Shown here: positions 1 through 11,047 of the stretch, piece after piece
Position numbering within the stretch: the first letter of the stretch is position 1
How the letters are laid out: each line of letters begins with the position of its first letter
Assembly: GCA_009602735.1 (NCBI GenBank)
Contig: WELA01002483.1
Location: 103,615 to 167,002, forward strand
DNA from: Mesotaenium endlicherianum
Taxonomy: Eukaryota
Length of the DNA stretch: 63,388 bases
Direction of reading: 5' to 3'
Notes under the pieces: model-generated
Told to the model about the DNA's origin: nothing
Database searches by the model: none
What the model saw: only the letters and a program-made list of their open reading frames with translations
Made by a program: the position numbers and the translations under genes

Positions 1-683
1 GCTTCCCTGGCCAAGTACTCCCAGCTCCTTCTCTCAACTTCATTGTAAGCTGGCAGCAGTGTGAGGTAGAATTCCGTATCCTTAAAGCTATCGGGCCGCA
101 TGCTCACCATCCGGATGAGTCTTTGATCTCCCACTATTCCCGGTTTGGGGACCGGCTTGTCCTCTGAATCATCTGCAAGATACCGGGCCTGCTCTGCTGT
201 ATAGCCCACCATCTTGGCATAGTCTTCGTAGAGGACCACACCAGTGTGTGTCTCGATGTACCTATCCAGTGCTGCAGCTCCTTCCTTCTGTAGCAGTGTT
301 GTCTGTTCCAGCCTGTTGATCTTCTGGGCTGCCAGCAATGCTTCCTTCAGGTTATCGAAGTTTTGGCCACCCACCACAGTATACCTGTAAGTGGCCAAGC
401 TCTTCTGTCTGTCCGCTTCAACCTTTTTCCTTTTCTCCTCCTCTGCCGCTGCCGCTTCTTCTTGTTGTTTCTTCTGCCTCTCCTCCTCAGCTTTCCTGAG
501 GTTATCCGCTTCCTGATCCTTCTTCCTCTGTGCCTCTTCTGCCGCCTCTTGTTGTCTGCGGACCCTTTCCTGTTCTCTCCTGGTGAGGGACGTCGCCGCC
601 AGCTCCTTCTGGTATTGCTCCATTGTCCTCCTGGCTTCTTCTGCCTTGCGCTTTCTGTCCTCCTTTTGTGTGGTGGGCGCCAT
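1..683 (-). CDS. Family A extra ORF downstream of pol (MAPTTQKEDRKRK...), N-terminal part, runs off window; function unknown
   Basis: Near-identical to ORF 9947-11071. ATG at 683 lies directly after a ...TGTGCAG|G acceptor. Sampled codons are open in this frame. Confidence 0.7.
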   Translation of the reverse strand, partial: MAPTTQKEDRKRKAEEARRTMEQYQKELAATSLTRREQERVRRQQEAAEEAQRKKDQEADNLRKAEEERQKKQQEEAAAAEEEKRKKVEADRQKSLATYRYTVVGGQNFDNLKEALLAAQKINRLEQTTLLQKEGAAALDRYIETHTGVVLYEDYAKMVGYTAEQARYLADDSEDKPVPKPGIVGDQRLIRMVSMRPDSFKDTEFYLTLLPAYNEVERRSWEYLARE

Positions 684-684
684 C

Positions 685-786
685 CTGCACATGTAACCAG
701 GGCACAAGTTAGTAGGATATGGACCTTTGTCATAGGGATTGCAGGAAGTATGTTAGTATTAGTATAGTGGATTCGATGCTGTTTAC
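685..786 (-). promoter_or_regulatory. Putative 5'-UTR intron of family A extra ORF
   Basis: Donor AAG|GTAAAC (786), branch TACTAAC (708-714), acceptor TGCAG|GATG (685). The same signals occur in the copies near 11049 and 41811-41917. Confidence 0.6.
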
Positions 787-1007
787 CTTACAGGATGATT
801 GCTAAAAGTTGACGTAGTTGCGATGCGCTAAACATAAACGTATGATTGTGTTGCAGGGTGACTTAAGTGATGTAGTGTTGTGCGAGGCCCTTTTTTCTTC
901 AGCTCAAGGTGCTTTATGTGGGCTAGGCTGTCCCCTCTGTCGCTATGCTGACACTTATGATTCACGTAACTGTCCCTTTATCGCTCTCGCTCACTAACTG
1001 TCATATA

Positions 1008-1025
1008 TTTCCCCCTCCAACTTAA
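1008..1025 (-). promoter_or_regulatory. Internal polypurine-tract-like motif right after pol
   Basis: Minus strand TTAAGTTGGAGGGGGAAA shares its core with the terminal PPT TTAAGTTGGAGGGAT that precedes the 3' LTR at 8896-8910. Confidence 0.65.
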
Positions 1026-1073
1026 ATGGAGACAAGACCGCCTGTCACCTTCCCGTGTCAACTAAAATGACAG

Positions 1074-4000
1074 TTATGAAGGGACTCCAGCGGCCCGAAG
1101 GTGGAACTGTTTCAACGCCCCTTTGGCATTGGTCAAGTGGTCCTTCAATTCCCAAGTGTCCCCCGAGGCATCGTAACCCTTCCATCGAATGAGGTATTTC
1201 ATGACATATTTAGACGATCGACGGACCGAGCGAGCGTCTAAAATCTCATCGACCTCATATTCCTCAGGGTCGCCGTCCCGGACAGCGGGGACCGGTCCCG
1301 GTTGGACAGGGAACCGACCTGTGAACAGTGTATCACCTTTGATGTACGGTTCCAGGAAGGAGACATTAAAGACCGGGTGCCCCTTGTATTCAGCTGACAT
1401 GTTCAGTTTGTAAGCATTCTGACCGACACGACGGACCACCGAATATGGACCGACCCAGACAGGGCCAAGCTTTTTCTTGACCACACCAGGGAGGTACAGG
1501 TGCTGAGAATGCAGTTTGACTAAATCCCCCTTGGAAAATGTCAGTTCCCGACGGTGTTGATTAGCGTATTTTTGTTGGTTTTCTTGGGCCGTGTGCAAGT
1601 TTCGTTGGACTTCTGACAGGGTGTCAGCAAACTCCTGAGTTAACTGGAGGGAGACCGGGTTGTCAATCCCTTCAGGGTGAGTTAAAGATTCCCCTAGCAC
1701 ATCTAAAGGAGACTTAGGGACTCTACCCAGGCTGAGTTCAAAAGGAGTCTTGCCCGTTGACGCGTGCACCGCACTGTTGACCGCAAACTGAATTTGAGGC
1801 AACAGGTCATCCCAATTATCTTGTTTTTGGTTAATATATGCTCTCAGCACCTCCTGCAGAACTCGATTAGTTCTTTCAGTCTGCCCATCAGTCTGAGGGT
1901 GGTTTGCTGTGCTGAGCAGCTGTTTGACTCCCATTAACCCCATTAAAGCTCTCCAGAACTTAGAGGTGAATTTTGAGTCTCTGTCTGAGATGATATTAGA
2001 AGGTAACCCAAGTTGGCATACTACATGGTTGTAAAACTGTCTCGCTGTTTTGAGTGCAGTTACTTTGACAGTTGTGGGGATGAAAATGACCATTTTTGTC
2101 AGTTTATCCACGACTACCAATATCAAATCTTGCCCATAGCAGTTCGTGGCAGTGTGACCACCCAGTCCATGAATATAGTTTTCCAGCGTCCAGCTGGGAT
2201 GGGCAGTGGTTGCAAGAGACCTCCGGGTGGTGTGTGCCGAGACTTATTTCTCTGACACTGGTCACAGGATTTGACATATTTTAAGACCTCCCGGGGTAAC
2301 CCCTCCCAATGATAATGTTTTGCCAGTTTGCCAACAGTTTTGGCCTGCCCCAAATGTCCACCCAGGAGACTGTCATGGGTTTGACTCAGTAAAAGAGACC
2401 TTATTTCCAAGTTATTAGGAACCACCAGCTTCAGCCTGCCTGAAGTGGTTTCAGTCACCCAGACCCCTCCCTTGAGGTTATACCCGAGTGCAGTAGCACG
2501 ACACACACTAGTAGTGGGGCTGGGCTCAAATGTTGGGTCAGAAAGGTAGGCTTTCCTAAGTTGTTCTAGGAAGGACTTTGTCACCTTTAGTGAAGTGAGT
2601 GCACATAGGACTTTATCTACAGCATGCTGACTAAAGTTCCTTTCTTGCAAGTCAGGTATTCTAGAGAGTGCATCAACAGGATTCAACTTCCCTGGTTTGT
2701 AGTCGATCTGGACTTGGAACTGCTCCAGCATCTGGCTCCAGCGGTTCTCCCTCCTCGACAGCTTGGACTTCTTCTGAAAGTGAGTCAGAGCTAGATGATC
2801 TGTAATCACCTTAAAAGCTTTACCATGTAAGTATGCTCTCCACTATTTGAGTACATGAACGATAGCTAGCAGCTCTTTATCATGCACTGAGTAATTAATC
2901 TCCGCTGGATTAAATTTCATAAACTCATACAACACAGGATGCCACTCCTGCCGTAACTTACCATCCTTCGTGGTTTTGTCAGCAAGCTGCAACAAAATAG
3001 CACCCATGGCAAAATCAGAGGCATCAGTAACCACCTGCACCGGTTTGCTGGGGTCATACACGGCTAGCACTGGGGCAGAACAAAGGGCATCTTTAAGGGT
3101 CTGGAAGGCAGCCTGCTGCTCTTCCCCCCACACATACCCTATGTCTTTCTTAGTAAGGTCAGTCAGTTTACTGGCCTTTGTGGAATAATTCTCAATAAAT
3201 CTCCTATAGTAGTTAGCCAACTCGAGGAAGGATCTAACTTCAGAGACAGACTGTGGTACTGGCTAGTCCCTTATGGTCTGGACTTTCTTAGGATCCACGC
3301 TGATGCCCTTTTACTGACAATGTGGCCTAAGAATTCAATACTGTATTCAAAGAAATCACACTTGCTCATTTTAGCATATAAGTGATTCGTTCTCAGAGTG
3401 TCCAGGACTGTCTTTAAGTGTTCAGCGTGCTGAGCGTCATCTTTAGAGAAAATTAAAATATCGTCCAGGAAAACTTGCACAAACTTATCCAAATAAGGTC
3501 TGAAAATGTCATTCATAGCACCCATGAAGGTGGCAGGAGCATTAGTCAATCCAAATGGCATCACGTTGAACTCATAGTGTCCATAACGTGTACGGAAGGC
3601 AGTCTTGTGTTCATGTCGTGCGTTAAGATCGGGTGCGCTTTGTCGGCATAAGCAGCACACAATAGACAAGCAGGCTTTGGTGCAATGAAGTCTATAATAC
3701 AAATGGCTTTATAGCCAAAAAGCGAGTCGAGCGTCAAATGTTTTAATTAAGGGAAGTGTACTCTCCAGAGTGAGCACCTCAAGACTGTAATCTGGTAGGA
3801 AATCAACCAATGAAGTATGGCCCAAAAGATCACTGGAAGCACATCATGATCTTCAGAGTAGTCCTATGGCAAGGGCTTAAGCTGTGTCTTTGCTCACCAC
3901 TTGTGAAGTTCTTCAAGTGACTGGAAGCCTAGAGGGCTTGCTCTTCACAAGAGAGTAACTAAGTGGTCCTCAAAACACAAGAGATGAAAGTGTAAGCTGT

Positions 4001-6019
4001 ACTGATAATCTCTGTTACTTACACCTGGCATAATGGACTTCTAAAAGATGTCTCTTCTAGGGACATCTCTAGTATTTATACTCCTGGAAATTCGGCGGGT
4101 TACGCGGCGGATCCAATGCATGTAGTCATTCTAGGAGGCTCTCCTATGTCCACTAATGTGTACAAGGCATGTACTAGCACTCCTATAGGCTAGGCATTAC
4201 TCAAACCAATCAAAGCAAGGTGCGTAGGATATGCTACATGTCCCTCATTGGCCGAGCTTACCTTGGGTGGTTCTACCTAGATAGCGCCTCAAAAGTGAAT
4301 CTGAAAATTGAGGAAGCTTCCCCTAGGAGTAGGTGATGCAGTCACCAAGTTATAGCCTCAATGATGCACATATACTATGGAAATGCAAAGCTTATGCAGG
4401 CTAAGGGGCTCGCGGATTTGTGCGCACAAGCTAGGGGTTTTAGGGGGTCACGAATAGGCAAGAATGTGCACATTGAAACACACATTGCCCTTTGGTGAGG
4501 ATCCGCTAGGGGCCGGTAGGTGACGCGGACTAGAAAGCTCATATCTCGCGCGATACATGACCAAATGACGCGAACCCGGTGCCATTCAGAAGGTGACTCG
4601 ACGCGCTACACTTTGGTGACTTGGAAATTGAGAAAAGGTCAACATATGGATGCGGAAAGTCTGTGCAAAGTCGGCCTTCCTAGGTTGATGGTTCACACAT
4701 GTGGAGCTCGATTTCGTGCGGCAACCTCGACTCAATAAATCATGACATTCATCCCCCTCAGCAATTTTGATTTGATGATAACCACTCTTGAGATCTATCT
4801 TACTGAACACCTTAGCACCAGACAGGGTATCAAGCAATTCTTCGATCCTGGGTAAAGCATACTTGTTCTTTACTGTAATTCTGTTCAGGGCTCTGTAATC
4901 CACACACATCCGCATACTGCCATCCTTTTTCTTAACAAATAGGATGGGTGCGCCGTAAGGTGATTTACTGGGAGAAATATAACCATTTTCCTCAAGCTCT
5001 GCAATCTGTGTTTTCAACTCCTCGCTCTCCACATAAGACAAGCCATACGTGCGTTGCCAAGGTGGCTGACTCCCAGGTAATAAATCAATCCTATGATCTA
5101 CTTCCCTCTTAGGGGGTAGTCCTGGAGGCATATTAAATACATCAGTGTACTGAGCAACAATTTTTGCAGCAGTAGGGTGCTCCGGAGGGCTTACCTTTTT
5201 CTCAACCACTTCTTCAGGTTGAGGAGGTACCTCTCTTAGCAGCAGACAGAACATTCTGTCTTCCTTCTGGTTCCAGCTTTTGACGAACTCCATTGCATTC
5301 AGCAACTTGCATCCTTCTGGAAGCCTCTTCTTTTCCTTCATTTGCCATCCACACAGGACAAGAGGAAGAGCACTGGTGGGTGCCAAGTCAGTCTGCCCAT
5401 CACTGGCTCCTCTCACTTTAACTGTACCTCTGCTCCAACACACTTCAGCTTGATGTCTATTAAGCCAGGACCTGCCTAGCACGAGATCATAAAAGCCAGT
5501 GTTGAGTACCTCAAATGTAAGCGTTTCAGTTAGAACTGCAATGCCAGAACCTAACTGGACCTCAAGAGGCTTGGTTATAACTCCTCCCGGGATACTTGAG
5601 GCATCTCCAAGGAATATTTTTCTATTCCCTTGGGTGACAGTAGGCAGCCTTAGCCGCTTAACTAACTCCTTGTGGATAAAGGTATGTGACGCCCCTATGT
5701 CAACAAATGCCCTCACCTTCCTACCTGCAATCATGCAATGCAGTAGGATGGGGGGGACTGTCTTTTCCTGACTTTCGCATTGTTCTCCTGACGTAGCAAA
5801 GAAATGTTGGACATCAGGTGGAACAAGAGCATCCAGAGTGTGCACTCTCTGGACGTCTATATTGCTGATGGTCTCCTTTATCTGGTTGTCAGGCATGCAT
5901 AGTGAATCCAGTTCAGCAGGACCCATAATACCTGCTACGAGGGCAGCTAGAGACGACTCACTATCTCTAGCATCCTCACAGTCAGTAGACTGGATTACTG
6001 ACTGTTGCTCTCTTTTAAA
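1074..6019 (-). pseudogene. pol: Family A pol (PR-RT-RNaseH-IN-chromodomain), disrupted
   Basis: ORFs 4586-6103, 3271-3702, 2843-3220, 2123-2809, 1074-2126. Motifs [60 protein letters not shown]. Contains stops, a frameshift and an insertion. Confidence 0.95.
3614..4747 (-). mobile_element. Family C solo terminal repeat (solo LTR-like, 1134 bp) inserted in family A RT
   Basis: Bounded by TGTCGTG...CATGACA with TTCA duplicated (3610-3613, 4748-4751). The empty site GTGTTCATCCCC is seen in copy 2 near 20711. Homologous to 26137-26159 + 32840-33813 and to 49735-49939. TATAAATA on minus strand near 4074-4081. Confidence 0.85.
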
Positions 6020-7473
6020 GGCTGGTCTTTTCTCTCGACCTTTGGCACGTGCTTGAGTGGGCACTGTTCTCGGTAGTGACCCTTCTGCTGACAATGGTAG
6101 CAAGTGGATTTTGCTAAGGCTAATCTCGGCTTAGTCCTACCACCAGCCCTTCCATAGCCACCTCGAGAGGAACCACCTCTACCTTTAGACTGAATGGCAT
6201 TGTACTCATACTCATATTCATCACCCTGATCATCCTCAGCCTGGTCTCCTTCAATTGCATTGTAGGAACCGTGGGGTTTTTTGACAATCTTAAACACCAA
6301 AGCGTTACTCTGGCGCTTGTGATTGAACTGCTGCTGATCCCAGGCGTCAGCATCCTGGATCAAGTCAGCTCGTTTTTCATACTTTTTCTCAGCAAAATGA
6401 CCAGAGACCTCGGATTTCAAGCCATACCTGAAGTATGCTATCCTATACCGTTCTGGCAAATCTGGCTGCTTCATCATGTTCTCTTGGAACTTTTGAGCAA
6501 ACTCAGCAACCGAAGTGGTCTGCTTCAGTGTCAGGGAGATCATCGCATAGATAGCTTTCTCCTGCTGGTTGATGACATCAAACTTCTCATGCAACTTCTC
6601 GACAAACTCTACCCACGTAGGGTCACCGAGTTGCCGAGCCTTACGCTCTTCCTTCCAGTAAAGCCACCAGTCTGCGGCACTGCCTTTCAGTAGCGCACCG
6701 GTGTGCCTGACCTTCTCGTAATCTTGCAGTTCTGGGTAGTTCTCCAGCCACTGCTCAACATCCGCGAGAAACTTGATCAGGTAATATTTTCAGTTTCCCT
6801 CAGGATCATAGTCCTGGGAAGGTTTCGGCTTGGGCTTACTAGGCCCTCGGCCACCACCACTAGTGGTGTGAGACCCCAGTTGGTCTCTGTCCCGCAGTAG
6901 GGACATTATGATTCTTTTGTCCTCCTGCTGGGACTGATACATGGTCGCCATTTGCGACTGCATCTGAACGAACAATGCTCCCAAGTCTACATTTTGGGGT
7001 GGTAGATTAGCAAATGCAGCAGCAGCATTGGCATCTACTCGCTGAGTAGTGTCCTCAACAATCCCTCTTGCTCCTGCAGCAGCAATTCCTGCCGCATTCA
7101 GCCGGTCACGTATTTGACCTAGGGGTACATTGAGTTGTACAGCAGGAGGTGGGTTCAGAACATTGGCCCTTGATGCCATGAGTTCCTCGACAGTGCGCTC
7201 GTCAGCTGGCTGTCTTTCCCTCCTTTGTATATCTTCAGCGGCCTTTGCTACTTGTTCAGCTTCTAGCCTGGCTCTCTCCTCCTCAGCTTGCTGAGCTGCG
7301 ACTGCGGCAATAGCAGCTGCCTCATCTGCAGCCTCCCTAGCTGCAATATCTGCTTCTGCTTCAGAATAGGTACGGGTTCCCGCTCCATGGCTTTCCGCCT
7401 GGTTTTTTACATTCTCGTTATCTTGGTTCTCCATGTCTCGGGAGTTGCTAGTTTGGGACCTTGTCCTTACCAT
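5995..7473 (-). pseudogene. gag: Family A gag (one in-frame TGA at 6790)
   Basis: ORFs 6790-7473 and 5995-6594 are in the same frame. Gag-like LKQTTSVAEFAQKF and zinc knuckle [14 protein letters not shown]. Confidence 0.9.
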
Positions 7474-7494
7474 ACAAAGAAGACTGTGATAACT

Positions 7495-7506
7495 GCTCCG
7501 ATACCA
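7495..7506 (-). promoter_or_regulatory. Primer-binding site (tRNA-iMet type), family A
   Basis: TGGTATCGGAGC one base from the LTR end; also at 23453-23464 and as a variant at 44981-44992. Confidence 0.9.
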
Positions 7507-7507
7507 C

Positions 7508-8226
7508 TGAAATGAATCGACTTACCAAATAAGCGATTAACAATTAATAAAGATCTTTATATCAGCAAGTAATCTTTATGGTATTTCCGTTAACTATTTA
7601 AACGGCAAAGGACAATACACTAGCAGAAAATAATACTCGTAAGTCAAATGCGAGTAAACTAGCATCAATAATGCAAATCAGTATACTCATACATAAGCAA
7701 GGTTAGAAGACAGTGCGTATCAATGGCTTCTTGCCTTGGATTCAGATCGCTCTCAGTAAGTTGTACAAGAGAGTTGGCCTCGTTTCCGAATGCTGAACTC
7801 GAGAGCAATGCCTAGCATATGTACATGGAATGAGTTTACTGTTCAACGGTCAGTGCGATGGCACCGCCTACCCGGGAGTTAACCACGTTGGTAGGACCTC
7901 GGTTAACCAAATCCACCGCCATCTCCCATCATCCCGAATAGCCATCCATCATAGGGATGTCATCTGGCCATTCATCTAGCATATCATACTTAGGTGTAAG
8001 TTAAGGCAGTTCGCTGCTACCGAGTACGGAAGTCAGCTGGCTGTCAAACAATGGGTCAGCAAGCTGACTTATATGGACTTCAGCCTGCTGCTTCCGGCTG
8101 AGTCATTAAACTGATAATTATGTAAAGTCCAGCAGACTGACTATTAACTAAAGTTCAGCAGGCTAAACTTAATTAACTATTGTATTTAAATGAATATTAT
8201 ATCCACTAATATACTAATTCATTACA
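7508..8226 (-). repeat. Family A 5' LTR (719 bp)
   Basis: TGTAATGAA...TTCATTTCA termini on minus strand, adjacent PBS, homology to 8911-9630, 23466-24181, 39179-39899. Confidence 0.95.
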
Positions 8227-8445
8227 AGGATCTTGTTCCATTTGATGTCCAACATTTATTTGCTAAGTCAAGAGAACAATGCAAAAGTCAGGAAAAGACA
8301 ATCCTCCCAATCCTAGTGCATTGCATGATTGCAGGTAGAAAGGTGAGGGCATTTGACAAAGGGGCGTCACATACTTTTATCCATAAGGACTTAGTTGAGC
8401 GGCTAAGGCTGCCTACTGTCACCCAAGGCAATAGAAAAATATTTT
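8227..8445 (+). pseudogene. Fragment of family A protease region in opposite orientation
   Basis: Translates [38 protein letters not shown]..., the inverse of ~5612-5830. Confidence 0.85.
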
Positions 8446-8508
8446 TGAACTTTATTAATTTATATATGTAAATGAATATTATATCCACTAATATACTGAT
8501 TCATTACA
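8446..8508 (-). repeat. Terminal fragment of a family A LTR
   Basis: Matches 8165-8226 and ends ...GATTCATTACA. Confidence 0.8.
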
Positions 8509-8708
8509 CTAACCTTGCTTATGTATGAGTTTATCGATTTGCATTATTGATGCTAGTTTACTCGCATTTGACTTACGAGTATTATTCGCTGCTAGTGTGT
8601 TGTCCTTCGCCGTTTAACCAGTTAACGGAAAATACCGTAAAGATTACTTGCTGATATAAAGATCTTTATTAATTGTTAATCTCCTATTTGGTAAGTCGAT
8701 TCATTTCA
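8509..8708 (+). repeat. 3' part of a family A LTR
   Basis: Matches ~9432-9630 and ends ...GATTCATTTCA. Confidence 0.85.
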
Positions 8709-9630
8709 GAAGGCCAGCTGACAGACCTAGAGGGCTGTCCGCATCTAGGTCTAGATCTCAGTCTCCTGATCCTGAAGCCCCAGGAACAACCCCCTAGGTG
8801 ACAGGCTGAAAGGGGCAGTCAATGGGGGAGGCTGGTCACGTTCAGTTTCCTTATTTAAGACTTATGCAGTTTAATGTTGTCGAGGCGACAACAAGTTAAG
8901 TTGGAGGGATTGTAATGAAACAGTATATTAGTAGATATAATATTTATTTAAATATAATATATATTAAAGTTCAGGCTATTGAATTCTGGTTGTTAATCAG
9001 TCTGCTGGACTTTATATTTAATATCAGTTTAATGACTCAGCTGGAAGCAGCAGGCTGAAGTCAACATAAGTCAGCTTGCTGACACATTCTTTGACAGCCA
9101 GCTGACTTCCGTACTCGATAGCAGCAAACTGCCTCAATATGCATCTAAGTGTGATATGCTAGATGAATGGTCAGATGACATCCCTATGATGGATGGCGAT
9201 TCGGGATGATGGGAGATGGCGGTGGATTTGGTTAACCGAGGTCCTACCAACGTCGTTCACTCCCGGGTAGGCGGTGCCATCGCACTGGCCGTTGAACAGT
9301 AAACTCATTCCATGTACATATGCTAGGCATTGCTCTCGAGTTCGGCATTCAGAAACAAGGCCAACTCTCTTGTACAGCTTACTGAGAGAAACCTGAATCC
9401 AAGGCGAGAAGCCATTGATACGCACTGTCTTCCAACCTTGCTTATGTATGAGTTTACTGATTGCATTATTGATGCTAGTCAACTCGCATTTGACTTACGA
9501 GTATTGTTCACTGCTAGTGTGTTGTCCTTTGTCATTTAACCAGTTAACAAAAAATACCATAAAGATTACTTGCTGATATAAAAATCTTTATTAATTGTTA
9601 ATCGCCTATTTGGTAAGTCGATTCATTTCA
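8709..9630 (+). mobile_element. 3' end of a plus-strand family A element: 3' internal region, PPT (8896-8910) and complete 3' LTR (8911-9630)
   Basis: 8709-8910 is the inverse of parts of 39900-40220. AAGTTGGAGGGAT is followed by a 720-bp TGTAATG...TTTCA LTR. Confidence 0.9.
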
Positions 9631-11047
9631 CCACCCCGCGTGTCCCTCTTCTGGCACCCCTGTCTACTGGAGATTTCTGCCTTTGTCTGCTGCCAAGTAC
9701 AACCAGATCAGCTTCTTCCCTTGCTTGGGCAGGTGGGCTGGGGGAGCGAGTGCGCGGATCAGTTACCTCTATGGCCGGGGTCAAATGCCATATTCCTGAT
9801 CTTGGCTCCTGAGGGAGCCCTGCTCTTACCTGCCCCTGGGTGTCCTGAGTACCAGATTCTGATGCTTCCTTTCTGCCTTGTTCTTCTTCCTCATCCTCCT
9901 CATCTTCGTCCTCTGAGAGGGTAAGAGTCTCGTCCACTAAGTCGTCCTACTCCCTGGTAGACATGGAGTAGTCTAATGACCTCCCTTTCTTCGGGCGCGC
10001 CGGAGGTTGCTTGGCCTTCAGCCTGCTGATATCTATCCGGCCTGCATTCTTTGCCCATTTGACGAAGGCATGCTTTCCCTTAGAGAAGTAGTCTCTCTTC
10101 CTCCTCCTGTGCTCTTTGGTCTCTGCATTCATATTGCTCAGGCAGCCATTCAGCCTGGGATCCCAGGGGGAAATGTGAGGTGGTAGGATGAGGTAGCCGT
10201 CCAGGCCGTAGTGGAAGTCATCCGGTTGGGCTCGGTCACAATCCTGCTTTTTGTTTGTGACGGTCATCCACCTCCAGTCTGTTGGCTGCTGGTAGTACTG
10301 GGGTCCATGCTCAGCCTTCCTCAGTTTACACGGGAACCAGTGGGGAGAGAACATCTGCTGTCCTGCTTCCCTGGCCAAGTACTCCCAGCTCCTTCTCTCA
10401 ACTTCATTGTAAGCTGGCAGCAGTGTGAGGTAGAATACCGTATCCTTAACGCTATCGGGCCGTATGCTCACCATCCTGATGAGTCTTTGATCTCCCACTA
10501 CTCCCGGTATTGGGACTGGCTTGTTTTCTGAATCATCTGCAAGGTACCGGGCCTGCTCTGCTGTATAGCCCACCATCTTGGCATAATCTTCGTAGAGTGC
10601 CACACCAGTGTGAGTCTCAATGTACCTATCCAGTCCTGCAGCTCCTCCCCTCTGTAACAGTATTGTCTGTTCCAGCTTGTTGATCTCTTGGGCTGCCAGC
10701 AATGCTTCCTTCAGGTTATCAAAGTTTTGGCCACCCACCACAGTATACCTGTAAGTGGCCAAGCTCTTCTGCCTGTCCGCTTTAGCCTTTTTCCTTCTCT
10801 CCTCCTCTGCCGCTGCCGCTTCTTCTTGTTGTTTCTTCCGTCTCGCCTCCTCAGCTTTCCTGAGGTCTTCCGGTTCCTGATCCTTCTTCCTCTGTGCCTC
10901 TTCTGCCGCCTCTTGTTGTCTGCGGACCCTTTCTTGTTCTCTCTTGGTGAGGGACGTCGCCGCCAGCTCCTTCTGGAATTGCTCCATTGTCCTCCTGGCT
11001 TTTTCTGCCTTGCGCTTTCTGTCCTCCTTTTGTGTGGTGGGAGCCAT
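9631..11047 (-). CDS. Family A extra ORF (charged coiled-coil N-terminus, globular middle, acidic tract); one in-frame TAG at 9947, truncated at 9631
   Basis: ORF 9947-11071 (ATG at 11047) continues in frame into ORF 9623-9937. The 41-kb copy has CGA at the stop position. Confidence 0.75.

Larger units (their letters stand above)
1..8226 (-). mobile_element. Ty3/Gypsy chromovirus LTR retrotransposon, family A copy 1 (3' end off-window; decayed; interrupted by family C unit 3614-4747)
   Basis: On the minus strand: LTR, PBS TGGTATCGGAGC, gag with CCHC, protease, RT (FLDD), RNase H, integrase with GPY and chromodomain, then extra ORF. Confidence 0.95.

Noticed and set aside
7508..8226. Short ORFs inside family A LTRs (e.g. 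9171-9482, 23630-24029, 39300-39713)
   Set aside because: Frames and stops are not conserved between LTR copies; treated as non-coding.
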